Positions 18,535 to 28,250 are shown, numbered from the stretch's first letter. The stretch is DNA of 64,000 bases from an uncultured Actinomycetes bacterium (GCA_963719935.1 CAVRDY010000007.1:16335-80334), one strand, 5' to 3'. The notes: generated by a model not told the origin, from the sequence alone. Numbers and translations: made by a program.

Positions 18535-19848
18535 ATGCCAGCTCGCTCGACTCATGCTCTGGTGCTCCTCGTCGTGCTCGCTCTGCTTGCCGGGGCGTGC
18601 GGATCTGACGGCTCTTCCGGTGATGGGGGAACCACCGACGCCAACGATCCGGAGATGCCAGCGGAGGTCGACGAAGCGGCCGCCGCCGCTGTGCGTCTTG
18701 TCGGTCAGCTGGGCGGCGAGGAGGCTTTCGCGGCTGTCTTCTTGGCACTCGACCGGGGGTACGACGTGAGCCAGCTCCTGGACCCCGGCGTGACGCTCGC
18801 CGCCGAGGGGACGGTCGAGGGTGTCGAGCCCCAGCATGAGCCGTTCGGGGCGACCGACGTGACGGCTGGCGAAGAGGACAGTGGCGATGAGGACAGCGCC
18901 GAAGATGACAGCGCCGAAGATGACAGCGCCGAAGATGACAGCGCCGACGAGGAGAGCATGGGTGCGCCGCGGGTCGAGTTCGTGTCGCTGCGAACCTTCT
19001 CCGCTGACGACGAGGACGACGTCGGGCGGCCGGATCGCGATGCGACGATGGCCGGGATAACGGGAATCGAGCTGACACTGCACGAGATCTGGGAGGGTGC
19101 AGGCGAGGAGGACTTCATCTCGGGGCTCGAACAGTTCCTTCCCGCCCGCGATGACTCGCCCACCCCCGGGCCGGACAGCGGCGACGACCTGAGCGAGCGC
19201 GACGCCCAGGTCCTGCTCGGGATCCTCTTGCTGTCGCTACGGGGATACACCCCAGGACAGATCGCCGCCGGCATGGCCACGGGCAGCATCGTGGGCGGAT
19301 CGGACTCCCAGATCTGCCTCAGCATCGACGGCGAGGAACCGGAGATGGCCTTCGACCGGTTCGCCGCGTTCTGCCAGATGGTGGTCGAGGGCACCAGCGG
19401 GACGTCCGGAAGCGGTGATACTGGCGCCGAACAGGCGTCGGAGGGCGGGAACACAGCGCTGGAGGGCATCCCCACAGGTCTCTATGAGGGCACGGTCGAC
19501 ACGTCGACAGGGGGCTTCCGCTCCGGGGTCAGCATCGACTCTGCGGATGTCACACTCCAGTACGCGAACGGGGGCGTGCTCGTCGACTGGACGGTGAGCT
19601 GGACCGAGGAGTCCGGCGAATGCGTCACGACCGGTACCGACTCCTGGTCGGGTTCGGAGGTGACCCTCTCCGACGCCCAGGGCTTCTCGATCCGAGGTGC
19701 GCGCGAGTTCCAGCCGGGCAGCGACTCGACCTGTGAACTCGGAGCCGAACCCAGCAGCTTCAGTCGTGTGTTCCGCTTCGACGTCGAGGGATCCGTCGTC
19801 ACCAGCGACATCGGTGTCGGGATCGCGACCATCGATCTCGGCGACTGA
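18535..19848 (+). CDS. Secreted acidic lipoprotein, function unknown (contains DSAED repeat)
   Basis: In-frame ATG at 18535 (alternative 18514). MPARSTHALVLLVVLALLAGACGSDG has a signal peptide and lipobox. The long upstream part of ORF 18079.. overlaps the TA genes and is not credible. Confidence 0.65.
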   Translation: MPARSTHALVLLVVLALLAGACGSDGSSGDGGTTDANDPEMPAEVDEAAAAAVRLVGQLGGEEAFAAVFLALDRGYDVSQLLDPGVTLAAEGTVEGVEPQHEPFGATDVTAGEEDSGDEDSAEDDSAEDDSAEDDSADEESMGAPRVEFVSLRTFSADDEDDVGRPDRDATMAGITGIELTLHEIWEGAGEEDFISGLEQFLPARDDSPTPGPDSGDDLSERDAQVLLGILLLSLRGYTPGQIAAGMATGSIVGGSDSQICLSIDGEEPEMAFDRFAAFCQMVVEGTSGTSGSGDTGAEQASEGGNTALEGIPTGLYEGTVDTSTGGFRSGVSIDSADVTLQYANGGVLVDWTVSWTEESGECVTTGTDSWSGSEVTLSDAQGFSIRGAREFQPGSDSTCELGAEPSSFSRVFRFDVEGSVVTSDIGVGIATIDLGD

Positions 19849-19928
19849 AGGGCCAGGCACACGCTGTCCCAGAAGCCCGGGTAGCGGTACCGCATGTAGT
19901 CGATGTATCGGACGGGTCGGCGGGGCCT

Positions 19929-20543
19929 TCAGTGTGCCGGGCGTGTGAACCAGTAGACGCCGGCGCGCATGTGGCCTATGGGGAAGGGGACGTCGAAGGA
20001 GGTCTGGTCGTCGTCCTGGAGCTGCAAGGGGGCGAAGAGCTCGATCGCCTGGTCGCGTGTGAGGCGACCAGGGCCCTTGGGGATCCAGCCAACGCGGGGT
20101 CGGTCCGAGAAATGGATCAGGACGTAGTCACCCCCAGGCGCCAGCCACTGGTCTAGGCGGTCCCGGTAGGCGGCAACACGTGTTCGAGGGAGGTGGTGGA
20201 GGCAACCCGAGTCGAGGACGATGTCGAAGGGTTCAGCTGCCTCGTAGGTGGTGACCTCGCACTCGTGGAGCTCGAGGCTGACGCCTGCCTGGGTGGCTCT
20301 GGCCCGGGTGGCGTCGAGGGCAGCCGAAACGAAGTCGAGGCCGACAACGTCGTAGCCGGCCTTCGCGAGGTACACCGCGTAGACGCCCTCACCGCAGCCG
20401 ACGTCCAGTGCCCTTCCGGGCGTTCCTCTACGGCTGACCGCACGCTCCAGCAGCTCGGGTGGTCGGTCGCGGTGCCACGGGAGGTTCTCGACGCCGCTGG
20501 TGCGGCGGTAGAGATGAGAGAAGACGCTGCGTTGCAGGTTCAT
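19929..20543 (-). CDS. Class I SAM-dependent methyltransferase
   Basis: 204 aa. Motif I is ALDVGCGEGVYAVYLAKAGYDVVGLD, with post-I and motif II FDIVLDSGCLHH. Confidence 0.85.
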   Translation of the reverse strand: MNLQRSVFSHLYRRTSGVENLPWHRDRPPELLERAVSRRGTPGRALDVGCGEGVYAVYLAKAGYDVVGLDFVSAALDATRARATQAGVSLELHECEVTTYEAAEPFDIVLDSGCLHHLPRTRVAAYRDRLDQWLAPGGDYVLIHFSDRPRVGWIPKGPGRLTRDQAIELFAPLQLQDDDQTSFDVPFPIGHMRAGVYWFTRPAH

Positions 20544-20578
20544 GATTCCCAGACGGCTCGAGCGGGTAATCGGGTGGG

Positions 20579-21205
20579 TCAGAAGCAGGGGACTGACGGT
20601 GCGCTCGCGTTGTGAGGGTCGAGCGCAGGGTCTGAGGCTGCCAGCGTGCCTTCGAACCAGGGGTCACGCTTCCAGTCCGGGACCGGAGGCATGTCCGTCC
20701 CGGACGGAACGAACGCCGAGCGCTGTGCCAAGGCGTAACGGTGCACGTACCGGCGACAGTTGGCGAAAACCTCCAGCGCTTGGACACGCACCACGAACTG
20801 TGCCCCTGGATAGTCCTCCACCATCGGATCATCGGGATCGATCGAGGCGTCACCGTTGAGACGAAGGCGGGTGCCCGTCTCGAACTCGATGAACAGCATC
20901 CCGACGCCGGGGTTGACGGTGAGGTTTCCAGAACTGAGGTACATGCCGTTGCCGTCGTAGCTTGGGAAGGCCAGCGACCGCTCGTCAAGGACTCTCACGA
21001 AACCTGGCTCTCCGCCCTTGTAGGAGCACTCCGGCCGCCCGGCTTCATCAGCTGTCGCGAGGAAGAACATGTCGCGAGCCTCGATGAATGCCCGGTGCTG
21101 TGGAGTGATCCGGTCAATGGTGCCCTCCGCGAGACGATCAGCCAGGCGTCGGGTGTCGAACCGATCCTGGAACTCGCGCTGGCCATGGTGATAGTCGTGT
21201 GCCAC
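20579..21205 (-). CDS. Pyridoxamine 5'-phosphate oxidase-family (FMN-binding split barrel) protein
   Basis: 208 aa. ARDMFFLATADEAGRPECSYKGG...FPSYDGNGMYLSSGNL...LFIEFETGTRLRLNG is typical of PNPOx-like proteins. Confidence 0.75.
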   Translation of the reverse strand: MAHDYHHGQREFQDRFDTRRLADRLAEGTIDRITPQHRAFIEARDMFFLATADEAGRPECSYKGGEPGFVRVLDERSLAFPSYDGNGMYLSSGNLTVNPGVGMLFIEFETGTRLRLNGDASIDPDDPMVEDYPGAQFVVRVQALEVFANCRRYVHRYALAQRSAFVPSGTDMPPVPDWKRDPWFEGTLAASDPALDPHNASAPSVPCF

Positions 21206-21248
21206 CGCTCTCCTTCCCGGCCCCGCGGGAGGCGAAGATCACGCTGAT

Positions 21249-22031
21249 GTGGGGAGGCTACCGCTGGAGCGCGGCGACCTGCCCGACACGGCCGCGGCGC
21301 GAGCTCCTCTTCAGCATCCGCCGAGCGTCGTCGCGCTCTGGAACGCTGAGCCTCCCGCCCCGGATCTGGCACCCGGCACCCGGCATCCGGCGTACCGGGA
21401 CAACCCGCGCGAAGCTCGTCGCGTGGGGGACGAACGATGGAACTCGAGTCTGCACGCGTTCGAGATGCTGCTGCGGGCCGCACCCGCACGAATGCAGCGG
21501 GGCCTCGACGTGGGCTGCGGCGAAGGCGAGACAGCACGGAGGCTTCGCACGCGCGTCGCGTCGGTCGTCGGACTCGACCCCGATCCCGGGAGTATCGATC
21601 AGGCGCGCTCACACGACGATGACATCGAGTACCTCATCGGTGCACTCGGCGACATCGAGCTCGCTGAAGGCTCCTTCGATGTCGTGAGCGCAGTGGGCGT
21701 GCTCCACCACCTCGACCAGCAAACTGGACTCAGAGAGCTTGCTCGGCTGGTTCGGCCGGGCGGGACCCTGCTCGTCGTGGGGCTCGCTCGGTCCCGCTCG
21801 CCCCGTGACTTCGCACGCGACGCCCTCGACACCGTCGCAGTTCGCCGGCATGCCGTCACCAAGGGCGTCTGGGAGACGCCCTCGCCCAAGATCTGGCCAC
21901 CTCCCCTGACCTACGCCGAGACACGTGCCGCTTCGCTCGACGCGTTGCCCGGCGCTCGATACCGGCGAATGCCCTACTTCCGCTACGGCGTGACCTGGCA
22001 CGCGCCCGCCACTGGACGAGTCGCCTCGTGA
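21249..22031 (+). CDS. Class I SAM-dependent methyltransferase (start uncertain)
   Basis: Motif I GLDVGCGEGETARRL...VVGLDPD, and FDVVSAVGVLHHL...LVRPGGTLLVVG. Confidence 0.7.
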   Translation: MGRLPLERGDLPDTAAARAPLQHPPSVVALWNAEPPAPDLAPGTRHPAYRDNPREARRVGDERWNSSLHAFEMLLRAAPARMQRGLDVGCGEGETARRLRTRVASVVGLDPDPGSIDQARSHDDDIEYLIGALGDIELAEGSFDVVSAVGVLHHLDQQTGLRELARLVRPGGTLLVVGLARSRSPRDFARDALDTVAVRRHAVTKGVWETPSPKIWPPPLTYAETRAASLDALPGARYRRMPYFRYGVTWHAPATGRVAS

Positions 22032-22134
22032 CCGATCTATCCGCGGTGAGGCGCGCTGGCTGGCGATCGAGGCCCAAGGGCTGGCCCGTGAGCGTCCGAG
22101 CGGGCGGATAGACCGTCGTCATCTGCGCTCGGTC

Positions 22135-23229
22135 ATGGGCCATGTCGGAACGATTCAGCTCGACGCGGTCAATGTGGTCGAGCGAACGCAGTTCGTCGTT
22201 CCGTTCAGCCGGCTGGGCGCATACGACCCCACGCGCTTCCACGCCATGACCGGTCCGGGCGGCGAGTGGTTCGAGTACTGGGGCCATGCGGCATCGCTCA
22301 TGCCGGCGAGGATGCAGCCGCTGTTGCGCTGGAAGATGGATCGCTTCGGTGAGCTCCAGAGCACGGGCAAGTGGGGCGAGCGCCTACGTTCCTACATCCG
22401 CGCCAACGCGGACTACGTCGCTGCCGTACGCGACGAGGTGCGCGATCGGGGACCGTTGACCGCCTCGGATCTGAGCGATCCGCGCCGGCGCGACGGCGAG
22501 TGGTGGGGACGTCGCAGCGAAGGCCGCCAGGTGCTCGAGTGGCTGTTCGGCCACGGCGAGGTCGTCGCTTGGAGGGAGCCGTCCTTCGAGCGGGTCTACG
22601 ACCTGCCTCACCGCGCGCTTCCTGCCGAGGTCTTGGCCACTCCCACACCCCCCGTCGAAGATGCGAAGCGGGCGCTGGTGGCATCAGCCGTTCGATCGCT
22701 CGGCGTGGCGACGATCAGCGACGTTGCCGACTACTTCCGGATGAAGCGCGCCGACGCGCAGCACGCCGTCGAGGCGCTCGTCGAGGAAGGGCAGCTCGTC
22801 GGGGTCACCGTGGAGGGATGGCGCCACCCCGGCTTCTGTCCTGCCGATGTCGACCCTCGGCCGCCTCGGCGCTCCACAGCGACGCTGTTGTCACCGTTCG
22901 ACTCGCTGATCTGGGCACGGGATCGCACGGCGCGACTCTTCGGCTTCGACTATCGGATCGAGATCTACGTGCCAAGCGGTGACCGGCGCCACGGGTACTA
23001 CGTGCTGCCGTTGCTGTTGGGGGACGAGCTCGTCGCCCGGTTCGACCTGAAGGCCGACCGCCAGGTATCGGTACTGCGTGTTCTCGGCGTGTACGCGGAG
23101 CCCGGCGCGGACCGTCAGGCCCTGGTCGACGCAGCGCTACCTGAGCTCGACCGGTTGCGTAGCTGGCTCGGCCTCGGTCGTCTCACGGTCGGCCGGCGGG
23201 GCAACCTGGCCAAGGTCCTGCGACCCTGA
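22135..23229 (+). CDS. YcaQ/AlkZ-like winged-helix DNA glycosylase family protein (homology extends upstream of the first canonical start)
   Basis: 364-aa ORF. TIQLDAVNVVERTQFVVPFSRLG...WFEYWGHAASLMP...FRMKRADA...LLSPFDSLIWARDRTARLFGFDYRIEIYVP...GYYVLPLLLGDELVARFDLKADR matches the family. The same frame upstream reads ...GEARWLAIEAQGLARERP, which looks like the usual N-terminus. Confidence 0.75.
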   Translation: MGHVGTIQLDAVNVVERTQFVVPFSRLGAYDPTRFHAMTGPGGEWFEYWGHAASLMPARMQPLLRWKMDRFGELQSTGKWGERLRSYIRANADYVAAVRDEVRDRGPLTASDLSDPRRRDGEWWGRRSEGRQVLEWLFGHGEVVAWREPSFERVYDLPHRALPAEVLATPTPPVEDAKRALVASAVRSLGVATISDVADYFRMKRADAQHAVEALVEEGQLVGVTVEGWRHPGFCPADVDPRPPRRSTATLLSPFDSLIWARDRTARLFGFDYRIEIYVPSGDRRHGYYVLPLLLGDELVARFDLKADRQVSVLRVLGVYAEPGADRQALVDAALPELDRLRSWLGLGRLTVGRRGNLAKVLRP

Positions 23230-23270
23230 CCCCAGTGGTGGGCGCCTTCGATGCTGATCCTCTCGACCAG

Positions 23271-24899
23271 CTACACGGTCTGGTCGTCGAGCGCGTGGAC
23301 GTTGGCCGCGCCAGGAGAGAAGGCAGTGGCGAGAACGCGCTCCTGGGGCTTCTCCGACGCCGTCTTGGGGATCTCGTCCATGACCTGCAGGTAGCTGGGT
23401 ACGAAGTTCGCCTCCAAGGACGACCGGCACGCGGCGAACACTGCGGCCGGGTCGAGCGCGACTCCCTCCACACCGACGACGGCAGCCACGACGTCGCGCT
23501 CACCGGGTGCTCCCGATGCCGCGGGAACCCCGTATACGAACACGTCGACGACGCTCGGGATCTCGGCGATCGCCTTCTCGACGAATCCGGCGCTGATGAA
23601 CTCACCGTTGCGTCTGATCCCCCCACCGGACCGGAAATCGAAAAACAGCCAGCCTTCCTCGTCACGGTGACCCATGTCGCCGCTCCGGTTCCACCCGCGG
23701 CGGATCTTGCGCTCCGAAGCCTCGGGATCTCCGTGGTACTCGATGCTGGCGTCGCCCCCGGCGGGACGGCAGCAGATCTCTCCGATCACACCGGGCGGGC
23801 ACTCCTTGCCCTCCTCGTCGAGGATCCTCATCTCGATGCCTGCCATCGGCTTCCCGAACGAGCCGACCGGTCCCTCACCGACGGGCTTCCATGCCATGCC
23901 ACCGCCGTCCATGGCCCCGTAGAACTCGAGGATCTCAACCCCGAAACGGCTCTCGAACGCTTCCCACAGCGCCGCCGGCATACCTCCGCTCACGACCATG
24001 CGCACCGGGTTGTCGGCGTCGTCGGCCCGGGCCGGCTCGCTGTAGATCGCCGTGGCTATCCCGCCCAGCATCGAAAAGGTCGTGCATCCGTAGGCCCGGC
24101 ACACCTCCCAGAGTCGGGACCTGGTGAACCGTCGGCTGTACACGGCTCGCAGGCCCATGCTCAGCGAGGGGGCGAGGGTCACCGACTGGGAGTTGCCGTG
24201 CGTGAGCGACAATCCCGTGTACGGGCGTTCGTCTTCGCGGTAGCCGAAGAAGTGCCCGAGGAAGGCCGCTCCGCAGAACCGGTAGTTGGACCCCACGATC
24301 CCCTTGGGGTCGCCCGTGGTGCCCGAGGTGTACATGATCTGCAACGGGGCCTCCGAGCTCACGGCGCGCCCGTCGACGGTGGCCACCGGGTGCTCGAGCA
24401 GCGCCGCGAAGGGCTCGGCCCACGAGGGGAGCTGAGCACCGCCTTCGATCTCGCCTGCGTCCACCACGAGTACCCAGCCGAGTTCGGTCAGACCCTCCCG
24501 CAAGCGGGCCACCTCGTCCAGGCAGGCCTCGGAGGTAACGAGACCCCCGCAGCCGACCTTGCCGAGCATGTACGCGAGCTTGTCGCCCCGGGTGCGCGGA
24601 TCGATCGGCACGAACACCGCGCCCAGGATCGAGGCGGCGATCATCGTCTCCACGAACTCGGGATGGTTGCGGAGCATGATCGCGAACCGATCGCCGGGCT
24701 CGACTCCCAGAGCGATCAGGCCGGCCGCGATCCGGTTGGCGTTCTCGGCGAGGTCGGCGTAGGTGCGCACCTCGTCAGGGGTCGTCCCTCCATCGAGGGT
24801 GAGGTGCTCGAAGGTCAGCACGTCGAGTGCGGGCTGGCTGTCCGCGCGTAGCCGGACCAGGTCGGCCAGGATCATCTCGTCGAGTTGGCGGGCACTCAT
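23271..24899 (-). CDS. AMP-dependent acyl-CoA synthetase/ligase
   Basis: 542 aa with the AMP-binding motif IMYTSGTTGDPKGIV and a conserved C-terminal ...PKTASEKPQ. Confidence 0.9.
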   Translation of the reverse strand: MSARQLDEMILADLVRLRADSQPALDVLTFEHLTLDGGTTPDEVRTYADLAENANRIAAGLIALGVEPGDRFAIMLRNHPEFVETMIAASILGAVFVPIDPRTRGDKLAYMLGKVGCGGLVTSEACLDEVARLREGLTELGWVLVVDAGEIEGGAQLPSWAEPFAALLEHPVATVDGRAVSSEAPLQIMYTSGTTGDPKGIVGSNYRFCGAAFLGHFFGYREDERPYTGLSLTHGNSQSVTLAPSLSMGLRAVYSRRFTRSRLWEVCRAYGCTTFSMLGGIATAIYSEPARADDADNPVRMVVSGGMPAALWEAFESRFGVEILEFYGAMDGGGMAWKPVGEGPVGSFGKPMAGIEMRILDEEGKECPPGVIGEICCRPAGGDASIEYHGDPEASERKIRRGWNRSGDMGHRDEEGWLFFDFRSGGGIRRNGEFISAGFVEKAIAEIPSVVDVFVYGVPAASGAPGERDVVAAVVGVEGVALDPAAVFAACRSSLEANFVPSYLQVMDEIPKTASEKPQERVLATAFSPGAANVHALDDQTV

Positions 24900-26128
24900 G
24901 CCTTCAACACCGTCACCAGCATGGCGGCCGCGTCGTTGCCCTTCTTGCCGCCACCGTTCTGGGTGAGGCCCACCCGGGCGCCCTCGACCTGGCGTTCACC
25001 GCCTCGCCCCTGGAGCTGCAGGGTCACCTCGGTCACCTGGGCCAGGCCGGTGGCTCCCACCGGGTGACCCTTGCGCAGCAGGCCACCCGACGTGTTCACG
25101 GGGAGGCGACCACCCAGACGGGTCGCCCCGGACTCGACGAGTGGCCCCCCTCCTCCTTCCTCGCAGAGGCCCAGTTGCTCGTACCCGATGATCTCCGCCG
25201 GTGCCGACGCGTCGTGGAGCTCGACCACATCGAGGTCGTCGGGACCGACTCCGGCTTCCTCGTAGGCCTCCGCGGCGCACAACCTCACCGTGTCGGGCTC
25301 GTCGGCAGCGTGGTTCCACCCCGAGTGCATGACCATCGAGCACACCCGCACCGGCGAGCGCACTGCGAGCTCGCGGGCCTTGCGTGGGCTCATCACCACC
25401 GCGGCGGCGGCGCCGTCGCCGATCGGGGAGCACATGGCCCGCGTCAACGGTTCGACGATCAGGCGTTCCGCCAGCACCTCGTCCACGCTCAGCGCATCAC
25501 GGAACTGGGCCTTGGGGTTGAGGCTCCCGTGGAAGGAGTTCTTCGCCGCGACCTCGGCGAACTGGCGCTTGGTCGTGCCGTAGCGTTCCATGTGGTCGCG
25601 GGCCGCCATGGCGTACACGTCCATGAACATCGACCGGTTCTGTCCGGCCCCGTCCGAACCGGCCCCCTGCGAACCGGCACTTTCCGAACCGGCCAGAGCC
25701 TCGAGCATCTCGGCGATCTCGTCCACGTCCACCGCTCCGGCGAATGCGGCGAAGCTACGGGTCTTGTCGGGGTGCGTGAGCTTCTCGACTCCCAGCGCCA
25801 GCACGATGTCGTGCATTCCGGCGGTCACCATCACACAGGCCTGGTGCAACGCCGTCGACCCGCTGGCGCACGCGTTCTCGACGTTGATGATCGGGATCTT
25901 GCCGACCCCCAGCGGGGAGAGGACCACCTGTCCCCTGATCGACTCCTGACCGGTAACCACGCCCGCCGCGGAGTTGCCGACGAAGGCTGCCTCGACAGCG
26001 TCCAGATCGATGCCCGCGTCGCCCACCGCCTCGGTCACCGCCTCGGCACTCAGGTCCTTCAGGTTGCGGTCGGGGTGCTTGGCGAACCGTGTCATGCCGA
26101 CCCCGGCTATGACCGCATCGAAACGCAT
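24896..26128 (-). CDS. Thiolase-like protein (SCP-x / lipid-transfer-protein type)
   Basis: 410 aa. MRFDAVIAGVGMTRFAKH...NVENACASGSTAL...GHPVGATG. Overlaps the acyl-CoA synthetase start by 4 bp. Confidence 0.85.
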   Translation of the reverse strand: MRFDAVIAGVGMTRFAKHPDRNLKDLSAEAVTEAVGDAGIDLDAVEAAFVGNSAAGVVTGQESIRGQVVLSPLGVGKIPIINVENACASGSTALHQACVMVTAGMHDIVLALGVEKLTHPDKTRSFAAFAGAVDVDEIAEMLEALAGSESAGSQGAGSDGAGQNRSMFMDVYAMAARDHMERYGTTKRQFAEVAAKNSFHGSLNPKAQFRDALSVDEVLAERLIVEPLTRAMCSPIGDGAAAAVVMSPRKARELAVRSPVRVCSMVMHSGWNHAADEPDTVRLCAAEAYEEAGVGPDDLDVVELHDASAPAEIIGYEQLGLCEEGGGGPLVESGATRLGGRLPVNTSGGLLRKGHPVGATGLAQVTEVTLQLQGRGGERQVEGARVGLTQNGGGKKGNDAAAMLVTVLKA

Positions 26129-26173
26129 TCAACTACCTCCTCGGTCGTCGGCGCCCGGCATGGCGCGCGCTTG

Positions 26174-26962
26174 TCAGAGCAGACCCTGCCCCGGGAGATC
26201 GAACGCCTCGCGCAGGAACAGAAGTTCTTGTTCCCTCCAGGGCAGCGGGGCGGGACGCTGGATCATCTTCCTGGCCTTCAGGTCTTGCACCACCTCGTCC
26301 GAGCGTGGGAACGCCTCACCGTAGGTGTTGAGGTGGAACATCTCCTCGAAGGGTGGTCGCGGACGCTGGCCGCCCGCCTCCGGGTCCTCGGCGGGGTAGC
26401 CGACGGTCTGGGACACGAGCACCCGGCAGGTGTCGGGAAGCCCCAGCTTGATGCGAAGGCCGTCGGGATCCCCCGAGCCCAGGCAACAGGTACCCAGGCC
26501 CAGGTCGAAGGCCACGAGCGTCGCCTGGGCTATCCCCTGGCCGCAGTCCACCTCGCCGAGACCGGGGTTTCGCAGCGCCTCGTTGGCGGCCTCCATCAGC
26601 GGGATGAGGGTGTTCTCGGCCTCGTCCTTCTTCTGGTCGCCGTAGCCGACGGCACCCACATCGATCAGCTCGCGCAGGCGCCCACCGATCTCGGCGGTCG
26701 CCTCGGTCTCGATGTACCAGACGATGACGACCGGTGCGAGGGGGATCTGGTAGCCCCCGACGGGCGACGGCAGAGCGTCGAGCACCTCCTTTGGGGCGCT
26801 GTCCCGTTCGATCACCAACGCCCTGAGGCTCGCGACGTTCCCCCAGTGCGAAGCGAGCCGCGCCGCTTCGAGCATGCACTGGATCTTCTCCCGCTCGACC
26901 GGGCGGAAGGGCAACAGGAACCGGATGGAACGCCGGTTCCCGATCACTTCGAACAGATCCAT
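26174..26962 (-). CDS. Nitroreductase-family protein
   Basis: 262 aa. N-terminal LFEVIGNRRSIRFLLPFRPVEREKIQCMLEAARLASHWGN is the typical nitroreductase start. Confidence 0.75.
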   Translation of the reverse strand: MDLFEVIGNRRSIRFLLPFRPVEREKIQCMLEAARLASHWGNVASLRALVIERDSAPKEVLDALPSPVGGYQIPLAPVVIVWYIETEATAEIGGRLRELIDVGAVGYGDQKKDEAENTLIPLMEAANEALRNPGLGEVDCGQGIAQATLVAFDLGLGTCCLGSGDPDGLRIKLGLPDTCRVLVSQTVGYPAEDPEAGGQRPRPPFEEMFHLNTYGEAFPRSDEVVQDLKARKMIQRPAPLPWREQELLFLREAFDLPGQGLL

Positions 26963-26971
26963 TGCTTCCTC

Positions 26972-28174
26972 CTAGAGCTTGGTGGCGCCGACGAGAGAGA
27001 GCACTTCGTTGCACCCGTCCTCGATCAGCGAGGCACGTGCGTCGCGCAGCAGCTTCTCGACCGGGTACTCGCGGGACAGCCCGTTGCCACCGAAGATCTG
27101 CAGGGCGGCGTTGGCGACGTCGAACGCGGTCTGCGTGCAGAACACCTTGGCCGCGATCGAGTACTGGAGTGTCGGTCCCGCGACCGTGCCGTGGTCGGCG
27201 ACCCTACGGGACAGCGCCCGGGCGGCCTCGACCTGCTGGAACATCTTGAACAGCCGGCCCCCCACGCTCTGGTGCTCGAAGATGGGTCTTCCCCCCTGCA
27301 CACGTTCCTTGGCGTAGTCGAGAGCCAGGTCGTAGCCCGCCCGTGCGACACCCACGAAGAGCTGGCTCATCGCCGCGTTGGCGTAGGCGAGCATCCCCTC
27401 GAGGGCGAGCTCGTACATCTCGGGAGGAACCACCCGGTACGACGCCGGGACCCGTACCTCGTCGAAGAAGATCTCACCCTGGTTCAGGGAGCGCTGTCCG
27501 AGCTTGTCGAGAGGCTTGGGGCGCGAGATCCCGGGTAGGTCCAGTGGGACCACGAAGACCGCACCACCGAGCTGGTCGCCGCCGTCGTCGTGAGCGCAGA
27601 ACAGGACCGCGATGTCGGCAATGGATCCGTTGGACACCCAGGCGGCCTTCTGGCCGCTGATCACGAAGTCGATTCCGTCGGCCCGGGCGACGCAGTTGGG
27701 CCGCCTCGCCGGGTCGGCCAGGTAGTGCTCGGGCCGGCCCACGGTGTCGCTCCCGTGGTCGGGCTCGGTGAGAGCCCAGCACCCGATCTTCGGGTCCTCG
27801 GGTGAGTTGAAGCGCTCGATTAGCTCGGTGTCACCGGACAGCATCACGAAAGGTGGATGGAGTTGACCGAGCCCCAGTGAGATCGTGAGACCGACATCGC
27901 CCCAGGAGAGCTCCTCGTTGACGATGCAGCCCAGCCTGGCCCGGGTGGCGGGGTCAAGCGAGGGATCCGTGGCGATCCCGTCGAGGCCGAGCTGGTGGTA
28001 CCGACGGAACGTGTCCCACAGCGGCGAGTCCTCGGCGATCACCTCGGAGGGGTCGGGCATGCGGTCCAGTTCACGACCGACGGGTCGTAGCACCTCTTCG
28101 GCGAAGCGGTGCGCCGTCTGTCGAATCTCGAGATCCTCCTGGCTGAGACCGATGTCCAGGCCGGTGGCGGTCAT
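26972..28174 (-). CDS. Acyl-CoA dehydrogenase
   Basis: 400 aa. CWALTEPDHGSD, and C-terminal QIFGGNGLSREYPVEKLLRDA, characteristic of ACADs. Confidence 0.9.
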   Translation of the reverse strand: MTATGLDIGLSQEDLEIRQTAHRFAEEVLRPVGRELDRMPDPSEVIAEDSPLWDTFRRYHQLGLDGIATDPSLDPATRARLGCIVNEELSWGDVGLTISLGLGQLHPPFVMLSGDTELIERFNSPEDPKIGCWALTEPDHGSDTVGRPEHYLADPARRPNCVARADGIDFVISGQKAAWVSNGSIADIAVLFCAHDDGGDQLGGAVFVVPLDLPGISRPKPLDKLGQRSLNQGEIFFDEVRVPASYRVVPPEMYELALEGMLAYANAAMSQLFVGVARAGYDLALDYAKERVQGGRPIFEHQSVGGRLFKMFQQVEAARALSRRVADHGTVAGPTLQYSIAAKVFCTQTAFDVANAALQIFGGNGLSREYPVEKLLRDARASLIEDGCNEVLSLVGATKL

Positions 28175-28250
28175 GTCTTCCTGCCTTTCCTCCGGCTCGT
28201 TGGTAGCCGGCCGAATCCGGGCGCGCCTCGCTCAGAACCGAGCCAGGTGT

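Noticed and set aside
24827-27538. 903-aa + strand ORF. Similar very long ORFs occur at 4780..6195(-), 10806..12578(-), 30055..31962(-), 40226..42043(-), 39925..41610(+) and 23235..24851(+).
   Set aside because: They lie antisense or out of frame to genes with clear family signatures. They are Arg/Gly/Pro/His-rich with no recognisable motifs. This is the usual stop-codon-poor shadow ORF of a 70% GC genome.
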